The notes: generated by a model from the letters alone, not told the origin. DNA of 63,201 bases, filler included, from Stramenopiles sp. TOSAG23-2 (GCA_900128395.1; 47 parts of 47 records of this genome joined end to end with filler, not necessarily neighbours in it); one strand, 5' to 3'; positions 11,439 through 25,030 are shown, counted from the whole stretch's first letter. A program made the numbers and translations.

Positions 11439-12086
11439 ATGGGATGTGTATCAGCACGGCAACGCCATCGTGCGAAAGCTATACGAAATTTTCCAGAATT
11501 TGATAAAACCAAACAATTAGAGTTTGAAAGTATAATTGTGCCAAATGTAATAGACATCCAGACTAAATTAGTTGCATGTGAAGCTATTAGGCAAGATTTG
11601 ATGTTAGCAAAAGCTGCAGCCAATACTGAGGAAAAAGATGTAGTAAAAATAGACCAACTAACAAAAGAATTCCAAGATAGTTGGGATGAACTACGAAATT
11701 TGTATAAAAGCGCCATAGAAAAATTAGACTTTTGTATGCAAGAATATGATATTGAAACATTAGATCAAAATAAACTATCAAAATTATTATTAGATATCGG
11801 GGAAGAACCAATAAAAGAAAATCGAAATTTAGAAACCATAAAAGAATTGTTGAAAAAACAAGCTGAATTTTACGGTGAAGAAGGTACTGAAATAACAGAG
11901 GAACAGTATACTTTTTCAAAGGACGAATTAGAAGGGAACCACTTGCCACATGATGAATTAAGTCTTGAAAGTATAGAAGATGGTCTAAAAGATGGTATGT
12001 TAGCATTAGGTAGTGTAGTTGTGGCAGAGAAAAAAAATCGAGGAGCATGTGAAGGTGGTCGAATGAGAATGTTTAGAAAGAAAAAA
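11439..12086 (+). CDS. Hypothetical helical protein with N-terminal MGC dual-acylation motif, 3' partial
   Basis: Long ORF starting MGCVSA after an A-rich leader. Confidence 0.65.
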
Positions 12087-12829
12087 NNNNNNNNNNNNNN
12101 NNNNNNNNNNNNNNNNNNNNNNNNNNNNNNTTAATTAATTAANNNNNNNNNNNNNNNNNNNNNNNNNNNNNNNNNNNNNNNNNNNNATCTTGCCTCAATT
12201 GCCTTGCTTGCACGGCAGGTGTTGGCGCTGCATCCAATTTATATCCAGATATGTACATATTTTGTTTATCCCGATGTGCAAAATGAGAGGTTGACAATGA
12301 AAAAGGGGATGTGGTGATTGTATTTGTTTTCTTGTTTTGTATCAATTGTATATGTATGCATAGCCGCCAATACATGTCGTCTATATAAATTCTTTCTGTT
12401 TGTAACGTCTTTGTTTGAGCTCTATCCTGATGATGGCTATTTTAATATAGTGCACAATATACGAATAGCACAGCGGGGTTTTCCTGAGTAGTCGTCTAGC
12501 AGCAGGCTGGCTGGGCTGGCAGGGCTACTATACGAGAGGACGTACATTATTGAGTTGTAGATTTGACCTTAAAAAAGTCTCCTGAAGAAAAAAAAAAAAA
12601 AATAAAGGAGGTGTGCGTGTCGCACGTTGCCGCCAGGGTTGTTGCTCAAAATAGAACAAATGATTATTTGCTTATTTTATTACATTTTGTCCATTTTTTT
12701 AGCAACTCAATCACAAGCGTTATAGTATGTATGTATGAAATATATTCAGCGGAGTTTATGTTTCGAGCTTATTGACAAATATTGTCTACGTGGAAAATAC
12801 TTTACAGTTATTTTGAATGAAAGGTTATA

Positions 12830-13186
12830 GTGCAGTTATATAGTCTTAACACAACGTTTTTTAAAAACACTATAGGTATTGATGTAAACGAAACAGATCC
12901 TGAGTTCAAAGTAGTAAACAAAGACGACAATGAAGAAAGTATCTCAAAAAGTTGTAATATCCACGAAACTTCATTAAAAAATATGTTTTTATTTTTTGGG
13001 GATGGAAAAGCAGCAAAGTTAAATGACGTCGAAGAAGAAGACACCAAGTTGATCTTCCCGGGGTGCTTACATTTAAAGGATAAGCTGAATAAATTAAGTT
13101 TTGATACGAAATTGGATGAAAATACGTTGGTTGCTGCAGAGTTGGCAATTGAAATTGGAACTCGAATGTGTGAAAATGAGAAATGA
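12830..13186 (+). CDS. Hypothetical protein or degraded gene fragment
   Basis: 118-aa open frame with coding-like composition; no recognisable motif. Confidence 0.3.
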   Translation: MQLYSLNTTFFKNTIGIDVNETDPEFKVVNKDDNEESISKSCNIHETSLKNMFLFFGDGKAAKLNDVEEEDTKLIFPGCLHLKDKLNKLSFDTKLDENTLVAAELAIEIGTRMCENEK

Positions 13187-14090
13187 GGGAGAAAAGGACA
13201 CATTTTTGGTACTCCTGCTGATGTTGTATCATAATACGATCTATTAATTGTCATCTGTGAGAGGGGATATTACACTGAGAGTAATGTCATTATCAATTAT
13301 TTTTCTTGATTAAAATTCTTAAAGATTTTTTATTAAAAAATATCTCATCTAAAGTATGATAATTAAAATACCAAAATACAATTTTAATTGCCAACAACAA
13401 AACCACTCACTACAATCTCTACTTGCTCTTCTGGTTCNNNNNNNNNNNNNNNNNNNNNNNNNNNNNNNNNNNNNNNNNNNNTTAATTAATTAANNNNNNN
13501 NNNNNNNNNNNNNNNNNNNNNNNNNNNNNNNNNNNNNGTACTCTGGTCCAGAACGCCAACATCCATTATGAATAGTGTTATTTTTTTCATATTTTGACAC
13601 TTTTTCCACTATTTTAAATAGGATCTTGCACTTGGCAGTCTACAGAGCATTTTTTGTAAAAAATCCAACGTTTTCTACAAAGAAACCGGATTATCTGCTA
13701 TCCATTTTGATGGATTCCGGCATTTTTGGAAACACCTACAAGAAACTTTGCAACAAAGATCTTGGTTGCAACCAGTAATCCCACCAGGTGCTACCATGAA
13801 AATAGCATTGCAAGAGTTTACACACACTTCTATTGTGGATTTTAGCAAAAAACATATATATTTACATATGCAAAAATCTATGTTGCAGATTTATACATTG
13901 ACGTTTGAGTTTGTGCCTTCCAAAGTTATTCAAACTGTCTCCAAATTATTGTTTCATTAGGTGGGAAATAACAAATCCCACCTCCCAATCTAAAAATTTC
14001 CAGACAGTTTGCACAACGTTTGAAACACGTAGATATTTAAAATACGTAAAATTAACTTTAATTTAGCAGTATATTATATTAATAGAGGTT

Positions 14091-14788
14091 ATGTTCACCA
14101 CAGATGATGTGAGGGGTAGGAGAGTGAAAGCAATATATTTTCATGGTAAATATGACGCTTTTCAAGATTATTATCCTGCAACCATTATACGAGTTGATGA
14201 TGTATCAAAGCAATATTTTGAAGTAGAATTTGATGAATTTGAAGGATATAAAAAAGAAAGACAGCGGAACGTACATCACAATGAGATTCAGTGGGATAAT
14301 ACTAGTATTAATGGCAGTAGTAGTAGTAGTAATAATAATAATAATAATAATAATGCAATGGATATTAGTAGTGATGATATTGTTGGTGATATAATATATA
14401 TCACTGTACCAGAACATGATATACAAGGCAAAATATGGCAAGACCATGATTTTAGGTATGGATGGCCTAATCCAACAAAATGGAATCGAACATTAGTTGC
14501 TCAATATATAGATTTTGGATACTCCATTACTCCATTACACCTACCAGAATCATTCATATATGATGATCTCCAACAAAATCCTTTTTTTGAAGGAGTTACA
14601 AGAGAAAAGGTAAGACGTGCAAATCCACCTGAAAATCATTACCCAGAAACAATATTTGAATTAGCAGATGTATTTCATACTTTGCATGAAACACCTCAAT
14701 ATGTTGATGTGGTTCTTGTTGATGAAATACACTTTATCTTCACTGATGGAGTTAATTACCGAAGGAAAGGATATGCATCGTTGAAGAC
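14091..14788 (+). CDS. Tudor-like domain protein, 3' partial
   Basis: GRRVKAIYF...YYPATIIRV...YFEVEFDEF...RNVHHNEI Tudor pattern followed by a Ser/Asn linker. Confidence 0.6.
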
Positions 14789-14888
14789 NNNNNNNNNNNN
14801 NNNNNNNNNNNNNNNNNNNNNNNNNNNNNNNNTTAATTAATTAANNNNNNNNNNNNNNNNNNNNNNNNNNNNNNNNNNNNNNNNNNNN

Positions 14889-16138
14889 AAAGTCAAAAAA
14901 AGAAAGACAAGAAGAAAGCGTTGAAAGAAAAATTATTACAGGATATGAAAGATGAAGATAGGCCCGAAACTGATAACGAAACAAAAGCTCTAGAGGATGC
15001 TGGACCAAAATTAAAGTCAAAAGGTACATTAAAAATAAGGCTTCAAGGGTTGAATTTTGATCAATTTCAGAATTCAAAAACAGCATCTAATGTCACTTTA
15101 AAAGAAATTGCAAAAGCACTACAGGTAGACGTAAGCTGTATCAAAATTAATAAATTAGAAGCTGGAAGTGTAATACTAGAAATCGAAGTAGTTAGTAAAG
15201 AGGAAAATGATAAACAATTAGAAGCTCGTTTTGATCATTTCACTAAGTCAGAGCATACAGAAGAAAGAACTTGAGGTGGGCAATGTTACGAAACTAACAG
15301 TCGAATCGCTAGAAGTGAAAGCGCCGATTGATCCAAAGCAAGCTGCAAAATTGAAAAGAAAGGCAGAAAGAGATGCTCGCCGTAAAGCTCGCGCTGGTAA
15401 AAAGGAGGAACAGTTAAAGAAAAAGCAAGCGAAAAAAGAAAAAGAAGAAAATGCAAGGAAAAAAGCGGCCGAAGATGAAAGGCGAGAAAAAGAGTCAAAA
15501 TTAGCACCTGATCTTGTTCCAGTTCATACATGGTTTCAAATGATGAGGAGTGACACAACTCTAGAAGACCCACGATTCCAATTTGGAGATCCAGCCCCTG
15601 CGAATAGCCCCGGTGGAATTCATATAGATATTATTCGTGCGAGCAACTTGACTGCGATGGATCTAAGCCTCGGAGGTGGCAGCTCAGATCCATTTGTTAA
15701 GGTTGTTGTGGGTCAAAATGGTCCAAAGAACAGGGTTCAAAAATTCAAAACGGCTGTTAAAAAGAAAACGTTAAAACCTGTATGGGAGAATTTGGACAAA
15801 GGCGAGCGGGAGCATTTTGACTTTTGGCGTGAACCACCATTAGAAAAAATGGGCAAAAGTGAAGTAGTTCTTCAAGTTTATGATTATGATTTTGCCAGTG
15901 GCGATGATTTCATGGGGGAGATTCGATTAAATGTTAATGAGTTGCCATATGATAAACAAGGAAATCTAAGACCTATTGGAATAACGTTTGAGAAGGATAA
16001 AGACGGTGCTCGGAATGAAAAGTTAAAAGCAAAACCTGGATCGAGATCAAAAGTAAAGGGCAACTTAGTATATCGTGCTTGGCGTACCCCGTCTAGCGAT
16101 GAAAGGGCTCGAACAATGAAATATATTACATTGATTGG
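14889..16138 (+). CDS. C2-domain protein with an upstream SEA-like module; one frameshift near 15265; partial
   Basis: IIRASNLTAMD..GSSDPFVKV...KTAVKKKTLKPVW...VYDYDFASGDDFMG; upstream IAKALQVD..IKINKLEAGSVILEIEV; ORFs 14921 and 15231 join through a 1-nt shift. Confidence 0.8.
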
Positions 16139-16739
16139 NNNNNNNNNNNNNNNNNNNNNNNNNNNNNNNNNNNNNNNNNNNNTTAATTAATTAANNNNNN
16201 NNNNNNNNNNNNNNNNNNNNNNNNNNNNNNNNNNNNNNAAAGAATACAGTGGCTGAGCCAATATTAATATCTCCTAATATATATACTCTTGTTTTTTATT
16301 TGTAAGAGTGCATATATATATAATATTCAAAAATAAAAATTCAATACGAACACAAAAATAGTTTCTATATATAATGTGTGACTTATGCTACGAACGTATT
16401 CGTAATTATTATGATATGTGTGATGAATGTGCATAAAGCACAAATAAACATATTTACATATTGATACAATATACATACGCTTGTATGTAGTATGTATAAT
16501 ATATAATTACATAATATTAAACATGTAACATGTATATGGCATGCCCTCGTTCAAATATGATACATTTTTCTCCTACCTTTGCCTGATTATATAAGACGTT
16601 GTCTTTGTTGCATGTTATATTGTTTTTGGTGAATTGTTTTATACCAGATAAGATAATTTTTTAACACATTCAATGCGAAAAATGTCAAAAGTAGATTTAT
16701 CTTTGGCAAATATATAAACGTATGTGTTCTACACAAACA

Positions 16740-17483
16740 TTATGCCATGCTACTGCTCCCACTTGGAGCCATGCTCGTTTGCTGACAAATATTGTCTTTG
16801 TGATAGATACATCTCCAATGAGAGCCATTGGAGATTAAAATATACAATTCTTTTTCAATTATTGCATTTTCAAGAACACCACGGCGAACAGTTCCCCCGC
16901 TATTTCCAATATTTACTCCTCCCACATAAGCTGTAATAGTGGCATTGCTGGCAGGAAATGGTGGCAAAGGTTGCCGCCGAGTATCAATTACCATCAATTC
17001 CGGGCATATGCTATTATTTTGTTTTTTTATGTGCCATTTTATAAAATCTCGAAAATATTGTGTAATTGCAGCAATATTATCCACCCAAGCTTTTGTTTGC
17101 ATCAATATTTCTACTTGGCGATAAAAATTTCCAAAATGCTGTTGATACTCCTCAAATTGTTCATTGAGTCGCCTTTCAATTGTTGTATCTTCATGTGGTA
17201 TTATACTTGAATTTCCATCTTCATCTCTAACTACCATCTCTCTATTGGCAGAATTAGCATTAAAAATAAAATCCCTGAAATTAGATTTTACAGAGATATA
17301 TTCTAAATACTGTTCAAATTCTGAACGAAACTCCGTTTCATATTTGAAATTTAAAAGTTTGCTAACAGCGCGCAAACTACATAATCCATCCCCTTGTACA
17401 TTATGAAGTTGCCATGGCAAATCGCTCCCGTTTGTATAAGCTTGACTTTCAATATCATTTACAGCACTAACATCATCTGCTTT
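16740..17483 (-). CDS. OTU-like cysteine protease (deubiquitinase)
   Basis: LHNVQGDGLCSLRAVS (catalytic Asp/Cys box) and ISNGSHWRCI (His box). Confidence 0.7.
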   Translation of the reverse strand, partial: KADDVSAVNDIESQAYTNGSDLPWQLHNVQGDGLCSLRAVSKLLNFKYETEFRSEFEQYLEYISVKSNFRDFIFNANSANREMVVRDEDGNSSIIPHEDTTIERRLNEQFEEYQQHFGNFYRQVEILMQTKAWVDNIAAITQYFRDFIKWHIKKQNNSICPELMVIDTRRQPLPPFPASNATITAYVGGVNIGNSGGTVRRGVLENAIIEKELYILISNGSHWRCIYHKDNICQQTSMAPSGSSSMA

Positions 17484-17588
17484 CTAATNNNNNNNNNNNN
17501 NNNNNNNNNNNNNNNNNNNNNNNNNNNNNNNNTTAATTAATTAANNNNNNNNNNNNNNNNNNNNNNNNNNNNNNNNNNNNNNNNNNNN

Positions 17589-17838
17589 TAACGATGTGGA
17601 TGAACAGGTTGACATTTGGGAATTTTGTATTTATATTTATCATAATATATTACGTGTTGAAATCGGTGGGGAAGTAGAACAAGTGGAGAAAATGGAAACA
17701 GAATGTGAGAAAATGAAACAACGTATTCAACAAATCGATCAAGAAATCCATGCCATTAAAAACAATCTTTCACGTGATGGTAATATCGATGTCGTCGATG
17801 TCGAGATAGATCATTTAGCGTTTAAAAAGATTGATTGA
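17589..17838 (+). CDS. Coiled-coil protein C-terminus
   Basis: Open frame with heptad helix VEKMETECEKMKQRIQQIDQEI. Confidence 0.45.
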
Positions 17839-18139
17839 TATTTTATCATATCATAGTATTTTTTTAATTTATCATCATTATAAATATGTTAAACAAATTA
17901 TTACTAGGACGTCGTACAAGGTAAAATACTGTGTATTAAAAAACAGAGGGACGAAAAAGTGTTTTGATGAAAAAGAATATAATATATTATATATACCTCT
18001 CTCGTACGTTTCGTATTCGTAATAAGTACGACTTCGTACTCGTATTTAATTAAAAAAAATTCTTTATATATCCCTGTGAACTTAATTGTCAAATGTTTAT
18101 CATCCATCTCCCCTACGAGGTATGTCTCTCTGTCTGTTT

Positions 18140-18837
18140 TCACTTTTTTTTATTTGACATGATTACTAATAAGCGAACGATGATATCACACCAATATAAC
18201 CACACAATACTAATACCAATTGTCATGACAGTTGGCATGACACCCCAAACTTTAAGTATTTCATTTGATTTTGGAAAGTAATATTTACCCTCATGGCTTT
18301 TTAATGGTATGAACCATCTGTATGAACGTTTCTCTTGGAACACTTCTTCTAAACCTTTAATTACACCACGTCGCTCTGCCTCCAATCCTTGTTTCTTTTC
18401 AATCATCGTAGTTGCATCTGCAATTTCTTCTAATTGCTCCCAACACATGCATGTAACAAATAAGCAAAATAAAAATGAGAAAATAATACTAACAATGTAT
18501 CCTACTAATACAAATGGACCTACAGTATTTTTGCATTGATACAAATGAAACATTTTAGCGTCATTTCGCTGTTTGCTTATATAACATGTATAAATACGTA
18601 TGCCGGTCATGATGATGGAATAACCAGAACCTAAACCAACATACAATAAAAAAAGCATGAAAAATTTATGATTTTCTTTTCCAACGCAATTGTTCATCCA
18701 TGGGCAATGGTGATCCATGTTTTCAACGCATGTACCACATGTACTACAATGATGTGTATGTTGTGGTTTGTAATTATCACATTTTTGGCACCATGGTATA
18801 CGAACTGGACGGCTTTGATATTGTCCTGATTTTTTCG
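18140..18837 (-). CDS. DHHC palmitoyl acyltransferase, 5' partial
   Basis: [40 protein letters not shown], two TM helices, TTMIE motif. Confidence 0.95.
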
Positions 18838-18938
18838 CNNNNNNNNNNNNNNNNNNNNNNNNNNNNNNNNNNNNNNNNNNNNTTAATTAATTAANNNNNN
18901 NNNNNNNNNNNNNNNNNNNNNNNNNNNNNNNNNNNNNN

Positions 18939-20188
18939 ATTGATGCATTTTGCTTCGTCTACGATATTCAAGACGAAGTGGTTTGCTCATTTTCATTCCA
19001 TTTGTTATAAAATCATTTAATTCACTTTTAGTAATTGATTTGCTTGAAGTAATACTTTCTAAAAATGTTGCAACATCATGTGTACTAATTGTTTCATTAT
19101 GTTCAGTTATGTCTGTTAACATTTGTTTTGTTTCATCTGCCTCAATAAAGCCACTTTCATCTGTATCGTATTTATTCCAAATATAGTCCAGGAATCTTTT
19201 AACACCATCAACCTTGTTTTGACGTAAACTTTCCAATTTTTCTTCGATACTACTGAAAAAAGTAGCTAGCATATTTTCAAATCGGTTGCTTTTGCCTTTT
19301 TGTCTATTCTTATTATTGTTATTATTATTATTATTACTTAAGCCATTTTCAATAGCTTGTATTAATTCTTGCATTGTAATAGTCGGTACTTCTCCACTTA
19401 ATCCACTTGTTGTATCAAATCGATTTATGAATTTTTTAACGTCTTCTAATTTGATTTCAATTTTATTATTAGTAACATCAATCATCATTTGTTTTGTATT
19501 ATCAACACCAATAAAACCATTGTTATTGTTATCATATATATACCATATTGAGTTTATATATTCATTTATATATGCATGTACGGAGGAACCAATTGATGAG
19601 CCATTTCTAGTAGAGCCGGATGAAGCAGAAGAAATGCTTTTTGTCCTGCTTCTATTTTCATTACTATTGTCTATTAATACTATATCACTCTTTGTATTTT
19701 TTTCTTCTGCTTTTTTTTCTATAAAATCGACTTCTTCTGTCATAGATATATCATGCCGTTTATCTTCGTCTACTTTTTGTTCCACTTGTATTTTTTGTTC
19801 TAAAATTATATTATTTTGCTGTATTTCTTTATTTTTGTTGGTACTATGGTTATTGTTGTTATTTGCGTCACTACTTTTATCACTAAAACCAAAAATATGA
19901 TTTAATATATTCAAACGTTTTGATTTCATTTTTTTTTGTATTTTATCTTCTTCGCTTTTTTTAGCCTGAATTGCTTCTAATATTTTTCTTTCCTTCTCTT
20001 TTTCTATGCATCTTATCTTATACTTTCTCCATGCAATTTGTATAATTTCAATAGATTGAAGCCGAATATTTTTATGATTGTAACGTTGAAAAATCCGTAT
20101 ACTCTGCTCTAGTAACTTCCGTTTTCTACAGTATTTTCTAATCACGCGTTGTATCTTCGATGCACACCTTGCTTTATATTTATGGACT
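18939..20188 (-). CDS. IQ-motif and EF-hand protein, partial
   Basis: IIQIAWRKY (IQ motif); YDNNNNGFIGVDNT and YDTDESGFIEADET EF loops in duplicated modules. Confidence 0.8.
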
Positions 20189-20288
20189 NNNNNNNNNNNN
20201 NNNNNNNNNNNNNNNNNNNNNNNNNNNNNNNNTTAATTAATTAANNNNNNNNNNNNNNNNNNNNNNNNNNNNNNNNNNNNNNNNNNNN

Positions 20289-21029
20289 TTTTTGATATAT
20301 TTTTGCAACTTCTAATTCAAATGTTTGCCATGTTTGTTCTGTTGTTGTGGTGCTACTATTGTTGGATCCATCATCATCTGAATCATCATCATCTGAATCA
20401 TCATCATCTGAATCATCATCATCTGAATCATCGGCATCGAAATAATCTGAATCACTTGAATCACTATCACTACTGTTGCTGGATGATCCAATGTTGTATT
20501 TGTTCAACAATCGATGTAGTTTACCTGTTTTAAATTCATTTTCATCTCCACCAATCGAAATTAAATAAGTAGCCACTTCACGTAGATCTTTATATCCTGC
20601 ATGTGTAAGTGCCGTTTTACCACTTTCATCTTTTTCCGTGAGATGTTTCGTATGGCATACTTCAACTAATATTTTTGCATCTCGTAATGATACTGTACCA
20701 TTTTGACATCCTTTTAATAATGGTAGCGACCCATTGTATTTTCGATTCAACATTAATTGGTGAAAAATGCTTCTTACGCTATAAAGTGGTTCATCTTCAA
20801 TCGTCTCGTCTTCTCCAATAAATGCAAAACTTTTTTTGGTTTTACCAAATAAATGAAGAAAATCTATTATGCCTAATTGACTACTACCTTTCGAACTTAC
20901 AGATAATGTTCCTATTACCCCATTACGTAAAGGCAACGGATTGCAAAAAAATGGTATGATATTATTTGTAATCGTAGTTGTGGGTAACTTTGTAAATAAA
21001 TCATCTTCACGGTAAGATTTTCCTGACAT
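20289..21029 (-). CDS. Protein with one ankyrin repeat and a DDDDS acidic repeat, 3' partial
   Basis: KDESGKTALTHAGYKDLREVATYLISIGG; 15-bp tandem repeat encoding SDDDD. Confidence 0.65.
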
Positions 21030-21462
21030 AGTCACTAAGATTTGTATTTTTTGATATAGGTTTTTTCTTGTTGTAATTTTTTGTAATTTTTTCTTTGGAT
21101 ATATAAATAATAGTTGCTTTATAATAAAATCCCCGTAATAAATGTTAAATTATTTTGCAAAATTATAATAAATAATTATTATTATAAAAAAAAATAATAG
21201 TAGAAAAAAATAATAAAAGCTGGGAATTGTTTTTCCTCGTTGTACACGATCACGTATACGATAATAAATATATTGTCTTTTAAATGTAAATGGTCTTTTG
21301 TAATTACTCAGGAGAGTTTCTTTCTATATTTTGGTTTCTTCCTCTCTCTATTACAACTCTTTCATCAATTCATTAACTGTTTTAAAAATAGCAGGTACAT
21401 ACTATTACAGGTTAATTTTTATTATTTTTTTAAATTTTTTATGTTGTTTTTTTATTTTTTTT

Positions 21463-21537
21463 TTATAATTCCCTCTTCCGTTTTCCACCTTTTGAACGTA
21501 TAAGATCAATGATCTTTTGTTGAATTGGACTTTTATT
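21463..21537 (-). CDS. Ankyrin family C-terminal tail (copy E; absent from the ORF track)
   Basis: NKSPIQQKIIDLIRSKGGKRKREL*, nearly identical in DNA to 24336-24390. Confidence 0.75.
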   Translation of the reverse strand, partial: NKSPIQQKIIDLIRSKGGKRKREL

Positions 21538-21888
21538 NNNNNNNNNNNNNNNNNNNNNNNNNNNNNNNNNNNNNNNNNNNNTTAATTAATTAANNNNNNN
21601 NNNNNNNNNNNNNNNNNNNNNNNNNNNNNNNNNNNNNAATTAAAAGCTGCGAAAAAAAACGAAAAGTGAATGTTGACTGAGAGAAAACGTCCGCATCTTT
21701 AACAAATTGATAAGAAATATTTAAAATAAACGGCTGTATTGTGCATTTCACTATACTGTGATTGTATATATATATATATAATATATATATAGTAGTCGTC
21801 TATTTATTAAATAATTTAAATTATAATACAGTACGATTCCAATTTCGTCGTAAAAGACGGAGGCGCTACTCAAAATTTAAATTGTTGT

Positions 21889-22141
21889 AGGTTAAGGTTG
21901 TATTGTTAGAATTTTACGAAATTTTTAACATTACGAAGCTCGTCTACCTACCAACTACGAGGTAAATACCAGGTAAATTAAATCGTTTCTATAATAGTAC
22001 ATGTATACGTATAGACGACTACTAATAAATCCACCCGCCGACTGAGGCTGTAATGCTGTACTCTAGCTAATGCTCTATTCTTGCTCTTCTGTGTGTGCAA
22101 CCCTCTAGCCTCTAGCTATCCTATCTCATAGCTACCAGGTA
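21889..22141. promoter_or_regulatory. Cluster of recurrent intergenic words (AGGTTAAGGT, TACCAGGTA x2) upstream of the 22428 ORF
   Basis: The same words recur in non-coding DNA of several independent contigs. Confidence 0.45.
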
Positions 22142-22427
22142 AATACCAGTTGTTAAAAAATAATCTAACACAGAAAACTATTAGTAAATATATATATATA
22201 TTTCTACTATCTTTTCTCGTTGCCCACATGGCATCACCCATACAAAGAGGAAATATCTATATTTGATAGTCATCTCTCATGCAATAAATATATTATTGAA
22301 CAGTTTTAATCGTTTATTATTTTAATTGCATTTGCGATATATAATATAATATATATATATATATTAGGTTGATTAATATATTATTGGATACTTTAAATCA
22401 TTTATTATTTTATAGTAAAGATCAAAT

Positions 22428-22886
22428 ATGGGTTGTTGTCCGTCAACACCACAAATTTTCCATGATTTGGAAGTGGCAATACAACAAGTGAAACAAAAGG
22501 AGTCATCCCTATCTATGGCAGCACAAGGTGAAGAAGAGTATGCCGTACCACCACGTTATATGTATTTGAAACAAGAAACACCATTCTTAGTCCCGCCTAT
22601 CCGCACCTTAAGTATACATGATAAATGTGTACAAGATTTAAAAGGTGTAATTGAACGTGCAAACATAGAATCAGAAAAGCTGACAGCGATGAAAACCAAT
22701 GAAGTCTTTCAGCAGTTATTCGGAGAAGCACAAAATTTATTTGAAAAGTATAAAACAAATCATCAACGTGATATGCAGACAGTAACAGCCGCGACAAACC
22801 GCGCTAAATTTGAACAACCGTCCAATATGATTATAATCAACTTACTAAATGTATTATGGAAAACGCAATGGTATGGTATAAAGGAC
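22428..22886 (+). CDS. Hypothetical protein with MGCC dual-acylation N-terminus, 3' partial
   Basis: MGCCPS start and long open frame. Confidence 0.65.
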
Positions 22887-24335
22887 NNNNNNNNNNNNNN
22901 NNNNNNNNNNNNNNNNNNNNNNNNNNNNNNTTAATTAATTAANNNNNNNNNNNNNNNNNNNNNNNNNNNNNNNNNNNNNNNNNNNNTGTCAAGCCAACTC
23001 CTTCTTCTTTTTGTGCAATATTAAACCTGGTGTAATAACTACTAAAGAAGAAGAAGAAGAAGAAGAGATTTCGTCAGAAAAAAAAAGAGAGTGTTGAAAT
23101 ATTAATAATAATACTCATCATTATTTAGTACTATTATTAGTATTATACTATTATTATTATTACTAATTAGACTATTATAATATGGTAGAGTAAACCGCTA
23201 TCCAGCTTACTATACAAGTTAAATATTTAGATGCAGAGCAGAGATAATAGAAAAAGAAAGAAAAGGCTGTTACGCCGCATGTACAGTACCACCTTGGTGG
23301 TAGCAGTCCAGATCACCATTTAACCTTATATAATTTTACAGATGATATTTTACCGTAATTTTAATTTCGGTAGTTTTTGGTGCGTGCACATTAGGATACT
23401 TCTGTATAGTCTGTACATATGTGCTTCTTATGCCATATTTTATTTATATATTGATTATTATCGATGTATATAATTTAAATTATATAGCCGCCGCCTCTTA
23501 TATATCTATCCAATATATTATCAATAAATAAAATATATTTGTATTACTAATAATAATATATTCATTGAAACTTAAAAATATAGATTTCGTATCAAGAGCA
23601 ATACACACACACAAATACATACACACACATGCGTATATATTAGATATTGTGTTAATTTTTATTTAAATTGTATATGTCTAATTTGACAGGATATATATAT
23701 GAATGACATTATTAATTGGATTGAATTAATTCTATTAATGCTAAAAATATATATGTCTAATTTCACTATAAGTCCAATAAGCAACGCAGCAACGCAACAG
23801 CAGTGCAACATGATATTTTAAAAATGTGTTCAAAAAGAAGAAGAAGAAATTACAATACTGTAATCTCAATCAGGGTTTGCCAGTTTGGTGCTTTGCTGGT
23901 GGTAATACCTGGTAGTATACTACTGTACAATACATTAGCTTTCCCCTTAAATGATATTAATAAAATATTATTAATCCTTATACCAAGTATAGTACCTGGT
24001 ACTATAAGAAGCCGTCACACAAATTATAAAATACTGTATACAGTACCCTTTATTTCTATTATTAAAATAAATAATTTTTATTTTTTTTAAAATCTCTCTC
24101 TCTTCTTTCTCATCATGCAATGCATACACCATTATCATCATCAATTTTAGTCATTTGTTCCTTACTTTTTTCTTTAATAATGTTTATACTTTGCATACTA
24201 TCATTCACATCATTAATATTATTCAGATTGCTCCANNNNNNNNNNNNNNNNNNNNNNNNNNNNNNNNNNNNNNNNNNNNTTAATTAATTAANNNNNNNNN
24301 NNNNNNNNNNNNNNNNNNNNNNNNNNNNNNNNNNN

Positions 24336-24462
24336 CGTTTTCCACCTTTTGAACGTATAAGATCAATGATCTTTTGTTTAATTGGACTATGATTATTATA
24401 TGCCCAGTCCAGGGGAGTGCCGTATCCCCACCCGTACCCGCCCTTCTTATTAATTGTATTAC
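24336..24462 (-). pseudogene. Ankyrin family fragment or terminal exon (copy D)
   Basis: NTINKKGGYGWGYGTPLDWAYNNHSPIKQKIIDLIRSKGGK; similarity to the family is lost upstream of ~24462. Confidence 0.6.
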
Positions 24463-25030
24463 GAGAGGACAAGAGGTGAGAGATCTCTCTGGACGCACGA
24501 GAGGAGAGGAAGTAACATGTGTAAATACCGTAGAAGGGACATATATATATATATATATATTCGAGAATATTTGAATGCACTCTTGCTTAACAAAGAACAA
24601 AACCTCTTTTTTTAAAAAAAATTCAAAACACACACCCCACATCTCCAACATCCATTCAACCACCAACACGCTTTGCATCACGATTTGCATGGAGAGACAT
24701 TTTTCATTTATACGTACACTTGGATTGGAGAGATACACACCGAGAGAGCCGTGCGTGTAAAAAAAAAATGTAAATGGCGGTTTAATTGTTTGTGTTTAGA
24801 TTTAGTTATCCTACCTTCGGTAACCTATTCAATAATAATTGTAATACCCCCTCTGCTGGCACGCGTTCAAATGTAAATGTGTTTATCTCGTCCATCTCTC
24901 CTTTCCACAAAGTGTTTCTATTTACTTTTCTTATGAGAGTTCTATATATACCTCGAACAAGTATGAACCCTTTTACAAGAGAAATATAGACTCTGATGTG
25001 TCTCTTTCCCACTTTCCTTCTCTCCTTGTT

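Noticed and set aside
15255-15274. Programmed frameshift or Sec-TGA in the C2 protein (similar shifts at ~26847 and ~49711)
   Set aside because: Shifts fall in short A or T runs in an assembly with many indels; no conserved slippery site or SECIS seen
22987-24235. ORF 23803-24090 or an ncRNA in the gene-free contig
   Set aside because: No coding signature or recognisable RNA motif; consistent with intergenic or intronic DNA
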